Shown here one piece after another: positions 58,201 through 64,000 of a stretch of 64,000 nucleotides of DNA. Position 1 is the stretch's first letter. Every line of letters begins with the position of its first letter. The notes beneath the pieces were generated by a model, which saw nothing but the letters and a program-made list of their open reading frames with translations, had not been told where the DNA came from and did not search any database. Origin of the DNA: Macrostomum lignano (Eukaryota). The DNA lies in assembly GCA_002269645.1 (NCBI GenBank), contig NIVC01002976.1, positions 63,980-127,979 of the forward strand, read 5' to 3'. Both the position numbers and the translations under genes were made by a program.

Positions 58201-61200
58201 CACACGGTGTGCACAAACACACGGTATGCACAAACACACGGTGTGCACAAACACATGGTGTGCACAAACACACGGTGTGCACAAACACACGGTATGCACA
58301 AACACACGGTGTGCACAAACACACGGTGTGCACAAACACACGGTATGCACAAACACACGGTGTGCACAAACACACGGTGTGCTCAAACACACGGTATGCA
58401 CAAACACACGGTGTGCACAAACACACGGTATGCACAAACACACGGTATGCACAAACACACGGTGTGCACAAACACATGGTGTGCACAAACACACGGTGTG
58501 CACAAACACACGGTATGCACAAACACACGGTGTGCACAAACACACGGTGTGCACAAACACACGGTATGCACAAACACACGGTGTGCACAAACACGCGGTG
58601 TGCACAAACACACGGTATGCACAAACACACGGTGTGCACAAACACACGGTGTGCTCAAACACACGGTTTGCACAAACACACGGTATGCACAAACACACGG
58701 TGTGCTCAAACACACGGTGTGCACAAACACACGGTGTGCACAAACACGCGGTATGCACAAACACGCGGTGTGCACAAACACACGGTATGCACAAACACAC
58801 GGTGTGCACAAACACACGGTGTGCACAAACAAACGGTATGCACAAACACATGGTGTGCACAAACACACGGTGTGCACAAACACGCGGTGTGCACAAACAC
58901 ACGGTGTGCACAAACAAACGGTATGCACAAACACACGGTGTGTACAAACACACGGTATGCACAAACACATGGTGTGCACAAACACACGGTGTGCACAAAC
59001 ACACGGTATGCACAAACACACGGTGTGCACAAACACACGGTGTGCACAAACACACGGTATGCACAAACACACGGTGTGCACAAACACGCGGTGTGCACAA
59101 ACACACGGTATGCACAAACACACGGTGTGCTCAAACACACGGTGTGCTCAAACACACGGTTTGCACAAACACACGGTATGCACAAACACACGGTGTGCTC
59201 AAATACACGGTGTGCACAAACACACGGTGTGCACAAACACGCGGTATGCACAAACACGCGGTGTGCACAAACACACGGTATGCACAAACACACGGTGTGC
59301 ACAAACACACGGTGTGCACAAACAAACGGTATGCACAAACACATGGTGTGCACAAACACACGGTGTGCACAAACACGCGTGTGCACAAACACACGGTGTG
59401 CACAAACAAACGGTATGCACAAACACACGGTGTGTACAAACACACGGTATGCACAAACACACGGTGTGCACAAACACACGGTGTGCACAAACACACGGTA
59501 TGCACAAACACACGGTGTGCTCAAACACACGGTATGCACAAACACACGGTGTGCACAAACACACGGTGTGCACAAACACACGGTATGCACAAACACACGG
59601 TGTGCACAAACACACGGTGTGCACAAACACGCGGTGTGCACAAACACACGGTGTGCACAAACAAACGGTATGCACAAACACACGGTGTGTACAAACACAC
59701 GGTATGCACAAACACACGGTGTGCACAAACACACGGTGTGTACAAACACACGGTGTGCACAAACACACGGTGTGCACAAACACACGGTGTGCACAAACAC
59801 GCGGTGTGCACAAACACACGGTATGCACAAACACACGGTGTGCACAAACACACGGTGTGCACAAACAAACGGTATGCACTAACACATGGTGTGTACAAAC
59901 ACACGGTGTGCACAAAACACGGTGTGCACAAACACACGGTGTGCACAAACACACGGTATGCACAACACACGGTGTGCTCAAACACACGGTTGCACAAACA
60001 CACGGTATGCACAAACACACGGTGTGCACAAACACACGGTGTGCACAAACACACGGTGTGCACAAACACGCGGTATGCACAAACACGCGGTGTGCACAAA
60101 CACACGGTATGCACAAACACACGGTGTGCACAAACACACGGTGTGCACAAACACACGGTATGGACAAACACATGGTGTGCACAAACACACGGTGTGCACA
60201 AACACGCGGTGTGCACAAACACATGGTGTGCACAAACACACGGTGTGCACAAACACGCGGTGTGCACAAACACACGGTGTGCACAAACAAACGGTATGCA
60301 CAAACACACGGTGTGTACAAACGCACGGTATGCACAAACACACGGTATGCACAAACAAACGGTATGCACAAACACACGGTATGCACAAACACACGGTATG
60401 CACAAACACACGGTATGCACAAACACACGGTGTGCACAAACACACGGTATGCACAAACACACGGTGTGCACAAACACATGGTGTGCACAAACACACGGTG
60501 TGCACAAACACACGGTATGCACAAACACACGGTGTGCACAAACACACGGTGTGCACAAACACACGGTATGCACAAACACATGGTGTGCTCAAACACACGG
60601 TGTGCTCAAACACACGGTATGCACAAACACACGGTGTGCTCAAACACACGGTATGCACAAACACACGGTATGCACAAACACACGGTGTGCACAAACACAT
60701 GGTGTGCACAAACACACGGTGTGCACAAACACACGGTATGCACAAACACACGGTGTGCACAAACACACGGTGTGCACAAACACACGGTATGCACAAACAC
60801 ACGGTGTGCACAAACACGCGGTGTGCACAAACACACGGTATGCACAAACACACGGTGTGCTCAAACACACGGTGTGCTCAAACACACGGTTTGCACAAAC
60901 ACACGGTATGCACAAACACACGGTGTGCTCAAACACACGGTGTGCACAAACACACGGTGTGCACAAACACGCGGTATGCACAAACACGCGGTGTGCACAA
61001 ACACACGGTATGCACAAACACACGGTGTGCACAAACACACGGTGTGCACAAACAAACGGTATGCACAAACACATGGTGTGCACAAACACACGGTGTGCAC
61101 AAACACGCGGTGTGCACAAACACACGGTGTGCACAAACAAACGGTATGCACAAACACACGGTGTGTACAAACACACGGTATGCACAAACACACGGTGTGC

Positions 61201-64000
61201 ACAAACACACGGTTTGCACAAACACACGGTGTGCACAAACACACGGTATGCACAAACACACGGTATGCACAAACACACGGTGTGCACAAACACACGGTGT
61301 GCACAAACACACGGTGTGCACAAACACACGGTGTGCACAAACAAACGGTATGCACAAACACACGGTGTGTACAAACACACGGTATGCACAAACAAACGGT
61401 ATGCACAAACACACGGTATGCACAAACACACGGTATGCACAAACACACGGTATGCACAAACACACGGTGTGCACAAACACACGGTATGCACAAACACACG
61501 GTATGCACAAACAAACGGTGTGCACAAACACACGGTGTGCTCAAACACACGGTGTGCACAAACACACGGTGTGCACAAACACACGGTGTGCACAAACACA
61601 CGGTGTGCACAAACACACGGTGTGCACAAACACACGGTGTGCACAAACACGCGGTATGCACAAACACGCGGTGTGCACAAACACACGGTATGCACAAACA
61701 CACGGTATGCACAAACAAACGGTGTGCACAAACACACGGTGTGCACAAACACACGGTGTGCACAAACACACGGTGTGCACAAACACACGGTGTGCACAAA
61801 CACACGGTGTGCACAAACACGCGGTATGCACAAACACGCGGTGTGCACAAACACACGGTATGCACAAACACACGGTATGCACAAACACACGGTATGCACA
61901 AAAACACGGTATGCTCAAACACACGGTGTGCACAAACACACGGTGTGCACAAACACGCGGTGTGCACAAACACACGGTATGCACAAACACACGGTGTGCT
62001 CAAACACACGGTATGCACAAACACACGGTATGCACAAACACACGGTGTGCACAAACACATGGTGTGCACAAACACACAGTGTGCACAAACACACGGTATG
62101 CACAAACACACGGTGTGCACAAACACACGGTGTGCACAAACACACGGTATGCACAAACACACGGTGTGCACAAACACGCGGTGTGCACAAACACACGGTA
62201 TGCACAAACACACGGTGTGCTCAAACACACGGTGTGCTCAAACACACGGTTGCACAAACACACGGTATGCACAAACACACGGTGTGCTCAAACACACGGT
62301 GTGCACAAACACACGGTGTGCACAAACACGCGGTATGCACAAACACACGGTGTGCACAAACACACGGTGTGCACAAACACACGGTATGCACAAACACACG
62401 GTATGCACAAACACACGGTGTGCACAAACACACGGTGTGCACAAACACACGGTATGCACAAACACACGGTGTGCACAAACACACGGTGTGCACAAACACA
62501 CGGTGTGCACAAACACACGGTGTGCACAAACACGCGGTATGCACAAACACGGTGTGCACAAACACACGGTATGCACAAACACACGTGTGCACAAACAACA
62601 CGGTGTGCACAAACACACGGTAAGGACAAACACATGGTGTGCACAAACACACGGTGTGCACAAACACACGTGTGCACAAACACACGGTATGACAAACACA
62701 TGGTGCACAAACACAGCGGTGTGCACAAACACACGGTGTGCACAAACACACGGTGTGCACAAACACACGGTGTGCACAAACACGGTGCACAAACACACGG
62801 TATGCACAAACACACGGTGTGCACAAACGCACGGTATGCACAAACACACGGTATGCACAAACACACGGTATGCAAAACACACGGTATGCACAAACACACG
62901 GTATGCACAAACACACGGTGTGCACAAACACACGGTGTGCACAAACACACGCACGGTTGCACAAACACACGGTGTGCACAAACACGGTGTGCACAAACAC
63001 ACGGTGTGCACAAACACACGGTGCACAAACACACGGCACAAACACACGGTGTGCACAAACACACGGTATGCACAAACACACGGTGTGCACAAACACACGG
63101 TGTGCACAAACACACGGTATGCACAAACACACGGTGTGCACAACACACGGTATGCACAAACACACGTGTGCACAAACACACGGTGTGCACAAACACACGG
63201 TGTGCACAAACACACGGTGTGCACAAACACACGGTATGCACAAACACACGGTATGCACAAACACACGGTGTGCACAAACACACGGTGTGCACAAACACAC
63301 GGTGCACAAACACGCGGTGTGCACAAACACACGGTGTGCACAAACACGGTATGCACAAACACACGGTGTGCACAACACACGGTGTGCACAAACACACGGT
63401 GTGCACAAACACACGGTGTGCACAAACACACGGTATGCACAAACACACGGTGTGCACAAACACACGTGTGCACAAACACACCGGTGTGCACAAACACACG
63501 TTGCACAAACACGGTGTGCACAAACACACGGTATGCACAAACACACGGTTGCACAAACACACGGTGTGCACAAAACACGGTGCACAAACACACGGTGTGT
63601 CAAACACACGGTGTGCACAAAACACGGTGTGCACAAACACACGGTGTGCACAAACACACGGTGTGCACAAACACACGGTGTGCACAAACACGGTGTGCAC
63701 AAACACACGGTGTGCACAAAACACGGTATGCACAAACACACGGTGTGCACAAACACACGGTGTGCACAAACACGGTGTGCACAAACACACGTGTGCACAA
63801 ACACACGGTATGCACAAACACACGGTGTGCCAAACACACGGTGTGCACAAAACACACGGTGCACAAACAAACGGTTGCCAAACACACGGTGCACAAACAC
63901 CGTGTGCACAAACACACGGTATGCACAAACACACGTGTGCACAAACACACGGTATGCACAAACACACGGTGTGCACAAACACACGGTATGCACAAACACA
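55260..64000. repeat. 17-bp satellite, right arm (over 8.7 kb, runs off the window)
   Basis: About 510 units with recurrent variants; stop-free frames explain the giant HTVC/CTNT ORFs. Confidence 0.98.

Noticed and set aside
55251-63999. 1543-aa and 2439-aa Cys/His-rich ORFs
   Set aside because: Stop-free 17-bp satellite read in shifting frames.

Overview
Intron-rich, repeat-saturated animal DNA. GC-rich exons, AT-rich spacers and a private minisatellite in many introns suggest an invertebrate such as the flatworm Macrostomum; this is inference, not verified. Left to right: (1) the last two exons of a Cys-loop anion-channel subunit, whose last intron is a 24-bp array of in-frame splice donors; (2) a 5-6 exon DH-BAR-SH3 RhoGEF (Tuba/ARHGEF37-like) with a different minisatellite in each of introns 1-4 and a probable solo LTR; (3) three paralogous type-I membrane receptors built from atypical Ig-like modules: A on +, B and C on -. 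B has an N-terminal F-type-lectin-like domain, and C has the second and third exons of that domain. B, C and A's 3' end lie in a tandem segmental duplication carrying SINEs and hAT-like MITEs; (4) an apparently intact Ngaro-type tyrosine-recombinase (YR) retrotransposon with split direct repeats, inserted in a 17-bp satellite that runs to the window end. The most notable signals are a predicted intron that fuses the SAP-domain Gag N-terminus in frame to the ATG-less recombinase, a target site that mimics the element's circle junction, and the diversified lectin/Ig receptor cluster. Exon models were derived by hand; no database searches were run.
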